This document shows, one piece after another, positions 36,404 to 46,328 of a DNA stretch of 64,000 nt (the first letter of the stretch is position 1; the number at the start of each line of letters is the position of its first letter). The DNA is from Thermoplasmatota archaeon. Lineage in GTDB: Archaea; Thermoplasmatota; Thermoplasmata; UBA10834. A program made the position numbers and the translations under genes. Where the stretch lies: NCBI GenBank assembly GCA_018814355.1, contig JAHIZT010000124.1, positions 479 to 64,478 on the forward strand, in the 5' to 3' direction. The notes under the pieces are model-generated. The model did no database searches. It saw only the letters and a list, made by a program, of their open reading frames with translations, and was not told the DNA's origin.

Positions 36404-38290
36404 TCACTCTCTGGTGAAGATGTCGCCGTAGAGCTTGCTCGAGGCGAGTGCGCCGCCGATGATCAGGACTGCAGGTATGATGAACACCCAGAGGTCTAGA
36501 GCCCAGTGCGTCCCGATGAGCGAATTGGAGAGGAACATGCCGCCCTGGTGGAACGGGGAGAGGACCGCTACCCAAGCGTAGTCATGGTACAGAGCGTCCC
36601 AGCTCGTTGTCTTCTGCCACTGGTCGAGCACGAACGACAGCCATTCGAAGACGGTCAGAGTGCCGAGCAGCGAGAAGTAGAGGAACATCCTTGAAATGAC
36701 GCTGGGCTTCAGCACCATCTTCTTCGCAACGATGTAAATCAAGGCCGAACCGTACGCGGCGCTGACCATGGTGACCGCTGCCATCAGGTATGAGATGAGT
36801 GTGATTTTCAGCACATCTGCAGTCGACTGTTCGAATTGCGAAAGGCCGATAAACACCACTGGGAATATGAAGAGCGGGGCGATTACCAGCGGGTAGAGGA
36901 TTTTCGAGAAGATCATTGTGGTGACCGAGATAGGTCCGAAGAACAGCACTTTGACTGTTCCCTTTGTGATCTCGTGCGTGAACCCCTTTGCGAACAACCC
37001 ACCTACAAAGATGACCGAAGCCAGTAGCGCAATCCCGTAGGAATATGTCAGCAGGTTGAACGAGATGTCCACATCAAATGGGGTGCTGGTCCAGGAGATC
37101 ATGCTGAAGCTCATGCCGGGAGGTGTTGCGATCGTCGTTCCTTCTGTCCTGCCGTAGTTGCCAGAACCGTCCCTGACAATCAAAGTCACCTCATACGGCC
37201 CGAATTCGTTGGCCGTGAACGAGACAGTGTCTCCGTTGAATGTGGTCATGGTGTTGTTGTGCTTCACGAACCAGGTGGTGGAGGAAATACCCTGATTGTC
37301 GGTCGAGTCTCTAGATGAGAGCTGGATAGTGTCGCCAATTTGAACGTTCTGTGGAATGTCCGCCCTAGCCTGAGGCTGTTCAGTGTCCCCGCCCATGCTA
37401 AGGACATTGACCGATGCCCATTGCTGGGCGGTGTTTCCCGCGGCGTCTCGAACCACGAGTCTAATGCTGAAGGGGTGGTCGAAGGAACTAACGTAGTTGA
37501 ATGAATATGATTGGTTCTCACCGTAGAGTATCGTTTCTCTCACGTCCTCAATGATCCATGTCCAGTTCACGACCCCTACGTTGTCAGTGGCGATTGAACC
37601 GTTGAGATCAACTGGTGCCCCTATGTTGGCATCGAACGGTGGAGCGCCAGGTATGTTTGGGTCCTCAGTATCGGTCGATCCCGTTGCATGCGCGACCTCG
37701 ATTCTGACGGAAGTCTTGCCGAAGTTCCACTCGTCATCCACAACTGTCACACCCACATCGTAGGAACCCACTGCGTAGAATGTGAGATGGATTATCTGTC
37801 CGTAGAGGTCCACATCGCGGGCTCCGTCGGTTGTATTCCAGACGTAGTACACGATTCTACCATTGTCAGTCGACGTAGACGCATCTAGAGTGATGCTCGT
37901 CCCCACAACGATGGACCTGCTTGGAGTGACGGTGGCGTTCGCGGTAGGCGGGTCTACCCCTGAGGCGCCAGGAATCCCTTCGCTCTTGCCATCACCACCT
38001 TGATCGAAACTGAACTGCATTGCCTGCTTCATCGAGAAGCTCATAATGGAGAAAACAACTGCAAGGAAAATGAACAGTATCACTGCGCTGACAAGTCCGT
38101 GCTTCGCCATCGTCCTGATGTCCTTCTCGAAGATGATGAACGCTCGGCGCATTGTAGCCAAGGGTTTTGGCTTCTTGACCTTGAGCTCCGGGAATTCCTT
38201 CGATTCCGCGACGATGTCAGTCGGAGGTGGAGGCAATTCGTCGTCGCTCGGGGGAGCTGGAGGTTCTGGCACCATTTCGTCGTCGTTCAT
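36404..38290 (-). CDS. ABC-2-type transporter permease fused to extracellular PKD/Ig-like repeat domains
   Basis: N-terminal Pro/Asp/Glu-rich tail, one TM, then ~300 aa of beta-rich repeats (VTVVDDEWNFGKTSVRIEV; LIVRDGSGNYGRTEG), then a six-TM ABC-2 permease C-terminus. The 4-nt overlap with the downstream ATPase gene implies one operon. Confidence 0.7.
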   Translation of the reverse strand: MNDDEMVPEPPAPPSDDELPPPPTDIVAESKEFPELKVKKPKPLATMRRAFIIFEKDIRTMAKHGLVSAVILFIFLAVVFSIMSFSMKQAMQFSFDQGGDGKSEGIPGASGVDPPTANATVTPSRSIVVGTSITLDASTSTDNGRIVYYVWNTTDGARDVDLYGQIIHLTFYAVGSYDVGVTVVDDEWNFGKTSVRIEVAHATGSTDTEDPNIPGAPPFDANIGAPVDLNGSIATDNVGVVNWTWIIEDVRETILYGENQSYSFNYVSSFDHPFSIRLVVRDAAGNTAQQWASVNVLSMGGDTEQPQARADIPQNVQIGDTIQLSSRDSTDNQGISSTTWFVKHNNTMTTFNGDTVSFTANEFGPYEVTLIVRDGSGNYGRTEGTTIATPPGMSFSMISWTSTPFDVDISFNLLTYSYGIALLASVIFVGGLFAKGFTHEITKGTVKVLFFGPISVTTMIFSKILYPLVIAPLFIFPVVFIGLSQFEQSTADVLKITLISYLMAAVTMVSAAYGSALIYIVAKKMVLKPSVISRMFLYFSLLGTLTVFEWLSFVLDQWQKTTSWDALYHDYAWVAVLSPFHQGGMFLSNSLIGTHWALDLWVFIIPAVLIIGGALASSKLYGDIFTRE

Positions 38291-39201
38291 GCTACATCAC
38301 CCCTTGCAGTTCGCTCGAAGACTTCCTCCATCGTTCCCATGCTCTTCATCTCGAAGATGTCGATTCCCTCTTGAACTAGGATCTTGGCGACTTGGGGGGC
38401 ATCCTGTCGTCTCTGGAGAGTCAGCGCGACGTCGCCTTCGATTATCTTTATGGACGTCAGCCTGAGGCTCCTGTTGAGCATCTCCTTGGCCTTCTGCGGG
38501 TCCGAGACCCTCAGCAAGTAGGCGGGCGCTAGGTACTTGTCCTTCAGCTCTTCTGCGGTTCCCACGGCAGTAAGCTTCCCGTGGTTTATGAACGCGAACT
38601 TGTCGACTATGTACTCTGCCTCGATCAGGTTGTGGGATGTGTAGAAGATCGTGTTGCCGCCCTTGACGGTCTTCTTGAAATGCTCTCTCAGCTTCCGCCT
38701 GTGGATGATGTCGATACCCTCGAAGGGTTCGTCTAGGAACGCCAGCGGAGCATCGGTCATGAGGACTCTGGCCAAGGAGACCCTCTGACGCTGTCCCTGC
38801 GATAGAAAGGCGATCTTCTGATCTATGAAGCCACGGAGGTCCGCAAGGTCCGCAGCACCGTTGAGGGCCGAGAGCCTGTCTGACCTGCGCATCAGCATGA
38901 GCTTCCCGAACATGTCGAGGTATCTCCTCGGGGTCATCTCCTCGTAGAACCGAGTCTCCTCCGATAGGATTGCGATATTGTCCCTCACCTGGACAGGATG
39001 CTTGCGCACATCGATACCGAGGACGGTCGCGTCGCCCTGCGTAGCGGGCGTGAGGCCGCACAGGACCCGAATGCATGTAGTCTTGCCAGCACCGTTCGGG
39101 CCGAAGAAACCGAAGATCTCTCCTCTGCCTACCTTGATAGTGACATCATCGAGCGCTCGTATCGCACTGAAGTCCTTGAATAGTCCATTGGCTTCGATCA
39201 A
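38287..39201 (-). CDS. ABC transporter ATP-binding protein
   Basis: Walker A GPNGAGKTT, ABC signature LSQGQRQRV and Walker B LAFLDEP. Confidence 0.9.
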   Translation of the reverse strand: MIEANGLFKDFSAIRALDDVTIKVGRGEIFGFFGPNGAGKTTCIRVLCGLTPATQGDATVLGIDVRKHPVQVRDNIAILSEETRFYEEMTPRRYLDMFGKLMLMRRSDRLSALNGAADLADLRGFIDQKIAFLSQGQRQRVSLARVLMTDAPLAFLDEPFEGIDIIHRRKLREHFKKTVKGGNTIFYTSHNLIEAEYIVDKFAFINHGKLTAVGTAEELKDKYLAPAYLLRVSDPQKAKEMLNRSLRLTSIKIIEGDVALTLQRRQDAPQVAKILVQEGIDIFEMKSMGTMEEVFERTARGDVA

Positions 39202-39315
39202 ATGAACGCACCGGCGTTTGACTAGGTTGGCCGGGGTTCATATATCCCCGAGAAGTGGATATCATGATTGATAATGCTTCCTGGCTGTGTCGGAAGACCG
39301 TGCTCCCCAGCCGGA

Positions 39316-39789
39316 TCACTTCTTCTTGACCGGCATCATGATTTTCGCATATATGATCGTCTCGCTCTTGACGACCTCTGGCTTCTTGCTGTAGACCTCC
39401 ATAGGGCAGGCCGCAACAGTGTATCCTTTCTCATTGATCCAGGCCTCCAACCTGCTGTATGAGTTCTGATACTCGCTTGAAGGCCCCTTGTGCGAGTAGC
39501 TGGCTACTTTCATCGCCGGCAGTTTCTTGATCTTGATGTCGCCGCTTGGCTTCCCCTTCCCGTAGATCGGGATCGCGATGCTTGCCTTGCATTCCTCTGG
39601 AGGGGTCTCCTTGGGAATGCTATGATAGATTCCCATCGGATGGAACCCCGGCATGACCTTGTTCTCTTTTGCCCAGCCGTAGAGTTGGCCGAAGTACCTA
39701 TCGAAGGGTATGTTGCTGTAGCTCCCGACATGCTCGATGTATGCTATCGTCATCGGTTTCCTCGATTCAAGCTTTACACTCGCCATCAT
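39316..39789 (-). CDS. GyrI-like small-molecule-binding domain protein (AraC-effector-binding / SRPBCC-like)
   Basis: 157 aa with the two-repeat GyrI-like pattern (IEHVGSY...; YEVYSKKPEV...). Confidence 0.65.
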   Translation of the reverse strand: MMASVKLESRKPMTIAYIEHVGSYSNIPFDRYFGQLYGWAKENKVMPGFHPMGIYHSIPKETPPEECKASIAIPIYGKGKPSGDIKIKKLPAMKVASYSHKGPSSEYQNSYSRLEAWINEKGYTVAACPMEVYSKKPEVVKSETIIYAKIMMPVKKK

Positions 39790-40086
39790 AGCACCTGAAC
39801 GGTGAACGTCAATCTAACGTATTTCAAGTCTTTGTGCAGTAAGCCGTCTGCATTCTTGAATGACAAGTTCTATCTCAATCGGAGGATTGTTGCACCGAGA
39901 CACCGACTATCTCGTCGCTCGCACCTTATCAGATATGTAATGTGATGTGAGCTCTTCACTGCAGAATCTAAGGCTTGACGCATGAACGACCATTGCCGAT
40001 GATAGTCGGATGTCGAAGTCGCATCACACCACGTTCTTATACATGTTCTTTCTTGTCGCCTTTCCTGGATAGATCCCAATGCAACT

Positions 40087-40917
40087 ATGGTGGGTGATGC
40101 TCTGCCGTTCGTTGATGAACATGGCTACATGAACATATTTGGCAAGTTGCTGAAGAACGTGGGGAACGTGTGTCTCATCGGCGAGTCAGGCTGTGGAAAA
40201 ACCCAGCTAGTGCATGACTACTGCGCGAAGAACGACGTACTTCTACTGGAGACAAGTCTGACAGCCGACACATCGAGGTTACAGCTCGTCGCCAAGAGTT
40301 CCTCTAGTCCAGGCATAATTCTGCAGTGGCTCGAAACCGATCCTCTGCAGACTAGGGATGAACGAGGTAGGCCATACGAGGCAATCATGTGCTACCTCGA
40401 CGGTTTCAACTACGCTGCGCCGAGCATCACGGCATTGCTCGAGTCGTTGGCAGACTTCAGAGGAATGCTGAGGATACCAGAAACTGGCAAAGTTTACTTC
40501 AGATCTGATAAGCATCTGCTTGTGATCTCGATGAACCCGGCTGAGAAGAACAGTTACTCGGGCACTTTCCACGGGAATACCGCTTTGCGTCGTCGGTTCG
40601 AAACGATTAGAATAAGATGGCTCGCACCTGCTACGGAGATTTCGTTGTTGATGCAACGGACAGGTGTGGCCTACGGTTTCGCCCGAGCCCTTGTGGAGTT
40701 CGCCAGCAGAACTAGGGATGCTTACGCCAAAGGTGAGTTGTCCGCAACAATAACTACGGGCAACCTTCTCAACTATTCGACCTTGTACAACGACGAGGTT
40801 GATGAGAACAGTATAGTGATGTTGGCCGCAAACCTGTTTCGGGAAGATGAGGCAGATAGAGTTACGGACTTCTGGCATGCCTCATTCAAACCGCAGTCTT
40901 TCGGTCGTCTACCCTGA
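40087..40917 (+). CDS. AAA+ ATPase of the MoxR/CbbQ/GvpN-like (AAA_5) type, standalone
   Basis: Walker A LIGESGCGKTQLV, Walker B LLVISMNPAE and a sensor region. 276 aa, with no VWA partner gene visible. Confidence 0.7.
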   Translation: MVGDALPFVDEHGYMNIFGKLLKNVGNVCLIGESGCGKTQLVHDYCAKNDVLLLETSLTADTSRLQLVAKSSSSPGIILQWLETDPLQTRDERGRPYEAIMCYLDGFNYAAPSITALLESLADFRGMLRIPETGKVYFRSDKHLLVISMNPAEKNSYSGTFHGNTALRRRFETIRIRWLAPATEISLLMQRTGVAYGFARALVEFASRTRDAYAKGELSATITTGNLLNYSTLYNDEVDENSIVMLAANLFREDEADRVTDFWHASFKPQSFGRLP

Positions 40918-41180
40918 TGTTGCACCGAGCCAAACCTCAGCGGCGCTGCCGAACTAGCGGGACTCGCCCATTGAAACCTCGGAATGCATTTCTGCAGGTG
41001 CGAAACTCGGGCATCTTGATGCTCATCTGGATTTGAGGATTCTAGCTCCATCCCTCAATCACTGGCAAGTTCCGGGCCGACACCCGGGCCCTCGCACATT
41101 TCGACTTATGAGCGCGAGTCAATGTTCGAATCTCCATTCGATCTGGTTTGCAGGGAGCCGAATCTGTGCCCATCCTAAGG

Positions 41181-42971
41181 TCACATTCCGAGCTTGTCGA
41201 GGGCGTCCTTGGTCGGGACTCCATCGCTCGTCCAGCCCCAGAGCTTGTAGTACTCTTCAAGCTCCTTGTCGAAGTCGGCCTTGTTCACCACTGCTCCTTT
41301 GGAGGGCCCGTCGTCTATCGGGAGCGTGAACAGTCTCTCAGGCAGAGTGTCGTCCTTCTTGCCCAATCCCTCCCTGAGGTTGAAAAGACGTTCCATGGTC
41401 CACGATCTCGCACCGACCTTCCTGAGCTCGTCCACGTTGTATCCGAAGCCCGTGGCTGCGTTAACGAGCGTGACCATCTCGTCCCAAGAGTTGGCGAACG
41501 CATTCCGTGCTCCGAACTTACACAGAATCATGCAGTCGTACAAGGTGAACAGTTCCTGCAGGTCCTTCAGAACGGGTGATTTGCCCTTCACCGTGAACCT
41601 GTCGAGCTTCCCCTGGAACAGCTCGGGGACGTACATGGTCGCTCTAAGGTGGCACGCGCCCCTTGTAGATGTTGCGAACGCCAGGGCCATGCCCTGGATC
41701 CCTCTCGGGTCATAGCCAGGGAACTCCATTCCCTTCACATTCATAGCGTACTTCCCGGCCTCAGGACCGTATTTCGCAGCAAGCCGCCTCGAACCCTCGC
41801 CTATGAGCTTGCCAAAGCCCTCCCTCTTGCCGGTCATCTCGACGAGCTTCACCATGGCCGCGTGGTCGCCCCACTTGAGCTTGAGCCCGCCCGTGTCCTT
41901 CTCGGTGATGATTCCCATCTCGAACAGTTCGTACGCGCACGCTATTGTGTCCGCGCACGATATGGTGTCCATGCCATATTTGTTGCAGAGGCTGTTCGCC
42001 ATCATGATCGATTCAATGTTCGAGTTGCCGAGGTTGGAGCCGAACATGGCAAGAGTCTCATACTCAGGACCTTCCGTCTCCACCTTGTACTCCTTGTCGG
42101 CCTTGGTCATGTTCCCACAGTGGAGCGGGCATCTGGCGCAGGCCGTATCCTTGGTCTTGTAGTTGTTCACCAGGGTATCCCCGCCGATCTTCTCGTACTC
42201 GGGGAAGTTGCCTGTCTGGAAGTTGCGAGTCGGGATCGTTCCGGCCTTGCCAGTGATTCCCACGACCATGGATGTGCCGTACTTCGCGAACGCCTGTGAC
42301 TTCTCCTTCACGGTCGCAGTCGCGGTTTTGAAAGTCTCCTTGAGCTTCTCCGCGTCCGCCTGAGGGACCTCTTTCGTCCCGTGGACGACGACGGCTTTCA
42401 GGTTCTTGGAGCCCATCACCGCTCCGACACCGCCTCTCCCCGCAGCCCTGTGATGGTCGTTCATTATTGCGGCGTACCTGATGAACTTCTCTCCCGCGGG
42501 ACCGATGACGGCCGCCCTGGCCTTATCGTGCCTTTTCTGCAGGTCGTCGATGGTCTCGAAGACGTCCTTGCCCCAGATGTCAGATGCGTCCTTGAGCTCA
42601 CCTCCCTTGTCTGTGATAAGGAGATAGACTGGTATGGGCGACTTCCCCCTGAACACGATGCCGTCGTAGCCAGTTTTCCTGAACATCGGCCCCCAGTGAC
42701 CACCCGAGTGAGCGGAAAGGATCGCCCCGGTCAGCGGAGATTTCGTCGTGACATTGTAGAATGCCGTGAAGGACCCGTATGTGCCCGTGTAAGGTCCAGC
42801 CATGAATATGAGCCGGTTCTCTGGGTCGAACGCGTCGATCCTGGGTTTGTTCTCTTCGTACAGGATCTTTGCGGCCAGTCCCCTGCCGCCCAGGTACTTG
42901 TGTGCGTCCTCTTCCGAAACCTCTTGGTCCGCGAACTTCCCACTTGTGAGATCGACCCTCAGTAGCTTCAT
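41181..42971 (-). CDS. aor: Aldehyde:ferredoxin oxidoreductase (tungsten-containing AOR family)
   Basis: 596 aa. N-terminus MKLLRVDLTSGKF, the tungstopterin/4Fe-4S Cys motifs and a typical AOR family layout. Confidence 0.9.
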   Translation of the reverse strand: MKLLRVDLTSGKFADQEVSEEDAHKYLGGRGLAAKILYEENKPRIDAFDPENRLIFMAGPYTGTYGSFTAFYNVTTKSPLTGAILSAHSGGHWGPMFRKTGYDGIVFRGKSPIPVYLLITDKGGELKDASDIWGKDVFETIDDLQKRHDKARAAVIGPAGEKFIRYAAIMNDHHRAAGRGGVGAVMGSKNLKAVVVHGTKEVPQADAEKLKETFKTATATVKEKSQAFAKYGTSMVVGITGKAGTIPTRNFQTGNFPEYEKIGGDTLVNNYKTKDTACARCPLHCGNMTKADKEYKVETEGPEYETLAMFGSNLGNSNIESIMMANSLCNKYGMDTISCADTIACAYELFEMGIITEKDTGGLKLKWGDHAAMVKLVEMTGKREGFGKLIGEGSRRLAAKYGPEAGKYAMNVKGMEFPGYDPRGIQGMALAFATSTRGACHLRATMYVPELFQGKLDRFTVKGKSPVLKDLQELFTLYDCMILCKFGARNAFANSWDEMVTLVNAATGFGYNVDELRKVGARSWTMERLFNLREGLGKKDDTLPERLFTLPIDDGPSKGAVVNKADFDKELEEYYKLWGWTSDGVPTKDALDKLGM

Positions 42972-43143
42972 GATACAAAGCCCCCATCTTTGGCCGTCGA
43001 ACGAATTGCTATAGAATATAAAAGGATTTGGGGCATTTCAATTTTGTTTGGTGATTGTTCGCACCGAATTCATCAAAAGTGATGATTGTTCGAACGTCTG
43101 TACAAACACACTCATTTAATACGCAGGATTTGTTCACACGCGT

Positions 43144-43953
43144 ATGGTCTTTGACGGTCTGAGCGTCGAGTCCATCATCATCGTGGCAATACTCATCGCC
43201 ACCGTGGCGTTCTTCTACTCCAACCTGGGCCTTGGAGGCGGCCAGCTCTACGTGCCGATCATGCTCGTGTTCTTCGTCAGCCTTTCCATGAAGGAGATCG
43301 TCCCGCTCTCCCTGACATTCGCTTTCGTCACGATGCTCAGTTCGACATACGCCCACAGCAAGAAGCACCTGGTGGACTTCAGGTTGGGACTGCTGCTTGC
43401 GGCTGCTGGTCTCATTGGGGTGGTCGCAGGTGTCTTCTTCACCTTGGGAGTCGACGAGTGGGTCGTCAAGGCAGGGTTCGCGACACTGCTCGTCGTCGTC
43501 GCAACGAAGATGATCTACGATATATACATGGCGAAGAAGGATAACATGATCAGCCCAACGAGCTTCACCTTTAGGCGCAAGCTGGCAGGGATAGGTGTGA
43601 GCATCCTCACAGGATTCTTGATTGGGAGCTTCGGGATCGGAGGCGGAGTGGTCAGCGTCCCGCTCATCATCTATGTCTTCAAGTTCGAGCCGAGGAAGGC
43701 GATTGGGACATCAGCACTTCTGGGCGCTATCCTCACTCCAGCCGCATTCATCGCATATGTTATCAGTGCCGAGGAGGGGGTAGTCATCCAATACCAGTTG
43801 GCCTTGGTTCTTGCTCCCATCGTCTTCATAATGGCGATCATAGGGTCGACATGGGGACTGCAGAAGCTAGAGACACCTGTGGTGAAGACGATCTTCACAT
43901 GCGGCGCTTACCTCGCGGCTACGTGGATGATTTACAGCCTATTGTTTCAATGA
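43144..43953 (+). CDS. TauE/SafE family sulfite/anion exporter (DUF81)
   Basis: 269 aa, ~8 TM, with the internal repeat GxGGG (GLGGGQLYVP; GIGGGVVSVP). Confidence 0.8.
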   Translation: MVFDGLSVESIIIVAILIATVAFFYSNLGLGGGQLYVPIMLVFFVSLSMKEIVPLSLTFAFVTMLSSTYAHSKKHLVDFRLGLLLAAAGLIGVVAGVFFTLGVDEWVVKAGFATLLVVVATKMIYDIYMAKKDNMISPTSFTFRRKLAGIGVSILTGFLIGSFGIGGGVVSVPLIIYVFKFEPRKAIGTSALLGAILTPAAFIAYVISAEEGVVIQYQLALVLAPIVFIMAIIGSTWGLQKLETPVVKTIFTCGAYLAATWMIYSLLFQ

Positions 43954-43963
43954 GCGGTCGGTC

Positions 43964-46042
43964 CTACTCTCTCATCCCGAACCGGTCGAGTATGAACGCG
44001 TACATGAACGCGAACCATTTCAGGTAGTCGTACCTTCCAGATGCGCCTGCATGTCCTTCCACGATCCCTGTCTTGAGCAGCAGGATATTGTCGTCGGTCT
44101 TTAGCGCCCTCAGCTTCGCCGCCCATTTAGCAGGCTCCCAGTAGGGCACCCGAGTGTCGTTCAGGCTGGAAGTGATCAGCATGTTGGGATATGCCTTCGC
44201 CGCCACATTGTCGTAGGGCGAGTATTCCTTAATGTTGTGGTAGTGTTCCTTGATCGCAGGGTTCCCCCACTCCTCGAATTCGCCGACAGTCATCGGTATT
44301 GTCGGATCGAGCATGGTGGTCACGCCATCGACGAACGGTACCTCCGCCACGACGACTTTGAACAGGTCCGGGCGCATGTTGGTGATCGCACCCATGAGCA
44401 GCCCTCCCGCGCTCCTCCCTCTTACCACCAGTCGGTCGCTTGAAGTGTACCCGTCCACGATCAGGTGTTCCGCGCACGCGATGAAGTCCGTGAAGGAGTT
44501 GATCTTCATGAGCATCCGGCCGTCAGCGTGCCAACCCCTGCCCATATCCCCGCCCCCGCGTATGTGCGCGTTGGCACAGACGAATCCGCGTGAGAGCAGG
44601 CTCACCAGCATCGTGTTGAACCTTGGACCGGCCCATTCGAAAGTGCCGTATGCCCCGTATCCATAGAGGTAGGCCGGGTTCTTCCCGTTCTTCTTGAGCT
44701 CCTTGTGGCGGACGAGCGAGATCGGTATCCTGATGCCGTCCTTCGCTGTCGCGAAAACCATTTCCTGTACATAGTCAGTCGGGTCGTATCCATTGATTTC
44801 ATCTTGTTTCATCAGCTCGAGTGTTCTGGTCTTGAGATCATATTCATATACACTCGTGGGAGTGACCAACGACCAGTATTTGAACCGGAATCTGTTCGAT
44901 TTCGGGTCTGCGTTCTCCATCGGCATCACGAAGTAGACTGACTCTGGAAAGTTGATCAGGTGCGAGTCCTTGTCCTTGAGGTCGTAGACTCGTATCCTTC
45001 CCTGGGCGTTCTCCCTCTCGAACACGACAAGGTGGTCCTTGAAAGCCTCGACCCACGGGTGCGGGTCGCTGACATCGATAGCGACCGTTTTCCTGTGAGG
45101 TACCAGCTCCTTCCAGTTCTTGGCGGTCGGATCCGATGTCGGTGCTTCCATGATCTTGAAGTTGATGGCGTTCTCATTGGTCACAATAAAGAACCGGTCG
45201 TCGTGGTGCACGGCGAAGTATTCCATCCCGTGCTTCCTCGGACGCATGAGCGTGAACGGGTCTGTTGGCCTGTCAGAACGGACATAATGTACCTCGGAGG
45301 TGGTCGCGCTCTCGACCGTGATCAGGATGTAGGTTCTCGATCTGGTCTTCGCGATATCCATGTAGTAGAATCCTGCATCCTTCTCGTGATAGACCTCCAC
45401 ATCGTGCTTTGGGTCCATGCCTAGGACATGCCTGAAAACCTTGTACGGCCTGTACTCATTGTCCATCACCGAATAGAAGATGGTTCTGTCGTCGCTGGCC
45501 CATTCCGCGCTCGAGGTCTCGACGATCTGATCCTTGAGGAGTCGTCCCGTTCTGAGGTCCTTGACGTAGAGCGTGTTCTTCTCAGAGCCGTTCGTGTCGG
45601 CAAGAAACATCATCAGGTTGTGATCAGGACTCATTTTCACGAGGTTGACTCTGAAGAAAACGTTCCCGTTGGCGACCAGATTCTCGTCGAGGATAATCTC
45701 CTCGTCTGCATCGAGAGATCCTTTCTTCCTGCAGTGAATTGGATACTGCTTGCCGGCTTCCGTTCGCGTGTAATAGTAGTAATCATCGATCCTCTCAGGA
45801 ACCGAACAGTCTGTCTCCTTGGTCCTGCTCTTCATCTCCTCGAAGAGCTTCTTCTGCAAAGCCTCTGTGTGCTTCATGAAGTCGAGTGCGTAGCGGTTCT
45901 CAGCCTCGATGTACTCGATCACTCCTGGATTGCCCCTGTCCCGGATCCAGTGGTAGTCGTCTGTCCGTACATCGCTGTGCGCCTCAAGCTTCTTGGGGAC
46001 TTTTCTGGCCACGGGCGGCCGAAGTGTCTCATCTCTGCTCAT
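43964..46042 (-). CDS. Oligopeptidase B / prolyl oligopeptidase family S9A serine peptidase
   Basis: 692 aa with an N-terminal beta-propeller, the catalytic GRSAGGLLMGA serine motif, and C-terminal Asp/His. Confidence 0.85.
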   Translation of the reverse strand: MSRDETLRPPVARKVPKKLEAHSDVRTDDYHWIRDRGNPGVIEYIEAENRYALDFMKHTEALQKKLFEEMKSRTKETDCSVPERIDDYYYYTRTEAGKQYPIHCRKKGSLDADEEIILDENLVANGNVFFRVNLVKMSPDHNLMMFLADTNGSEKNTLYVKDLRTGRLLKDQIVETSSAEWASDDRTIFYSVMDNEYRPYKVFRHVLGMDPKHDVEVYHEKDAGFYYMDIAKTRSRTYILITVESATTSEVHYVRSDRPTDPFTLMRPRKHGMEYFAVHHDDRFFIVTNENAINFKIMEAPTSDPTAKNWKELVPHRKTVAIDVSDPHPWVEAFKDHLVVFERENAQGRIRVYDLKDKDSHLINFPESVYFVMPMENADPKSNRFRFKYWSLVTPTSVYEYDLKTRTLELMKQDEINGYDPTDYVQEMVFATAKDGIRIPISLVRHKELKKNGKNPAYLYGYGAYGTFEWAGPRFNTMLVSLLSRGFVCANAHIRGGGDMGRGWHADGRMLMKINSFTDFIACAEHLIVDGYTSSDRLVVRGRSAGGLLMGAITNMRPDLFKVVVAEVPFVDGVTTMLDPTIPMTVGEFEEWGNPAIKEHYHNIKEYSPYDNVAAKAYPNMLITSSLNDTRVPYWEPAKWAAKLRALKTDDNILLLKTGIVEGHAGASGRYDYLKWFAFMYAFILDRFGMRE

Positions 46043-46328
46043 CGCTCATCGACATTGTCGCACGACTAATAAAGAAAGCGTTGATAGTCTCCTTCTTTGG
46101 CGACTTCCTGAGGTCCTTGTTCGCTTTCAGCTCCGCTCCCATGGCCGTGCCATCATCTATTCCCGTTCCTGGGAAATCCTCATCCGAACGAAGCCTCTGG
46201 AAAAGCGCGGACCACCTATGAGCATCCGTCTTGTCGAAGCCAACCCAGTGGTCTCCGAAATACATGTAAACATTGATATCCGGAATTGAGCATGGTCTAG
46301 AATCAGTCCATGTGAGCCGGTGAGCTAG

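Noticed and set aside
39888-40929. A 12-bp perfect direct repeat TGTTGCACCGAG flanking the AAA_5 ATPase gene (39888-39899 and 40918-40929), as possible insertion-site duplication
   Set aside because: Many 12-mer coincidences are expected by chance in 64 kb. There are no inverted repeats, no transposase or integrase, and no compositional shift. This is most likely coincidence.
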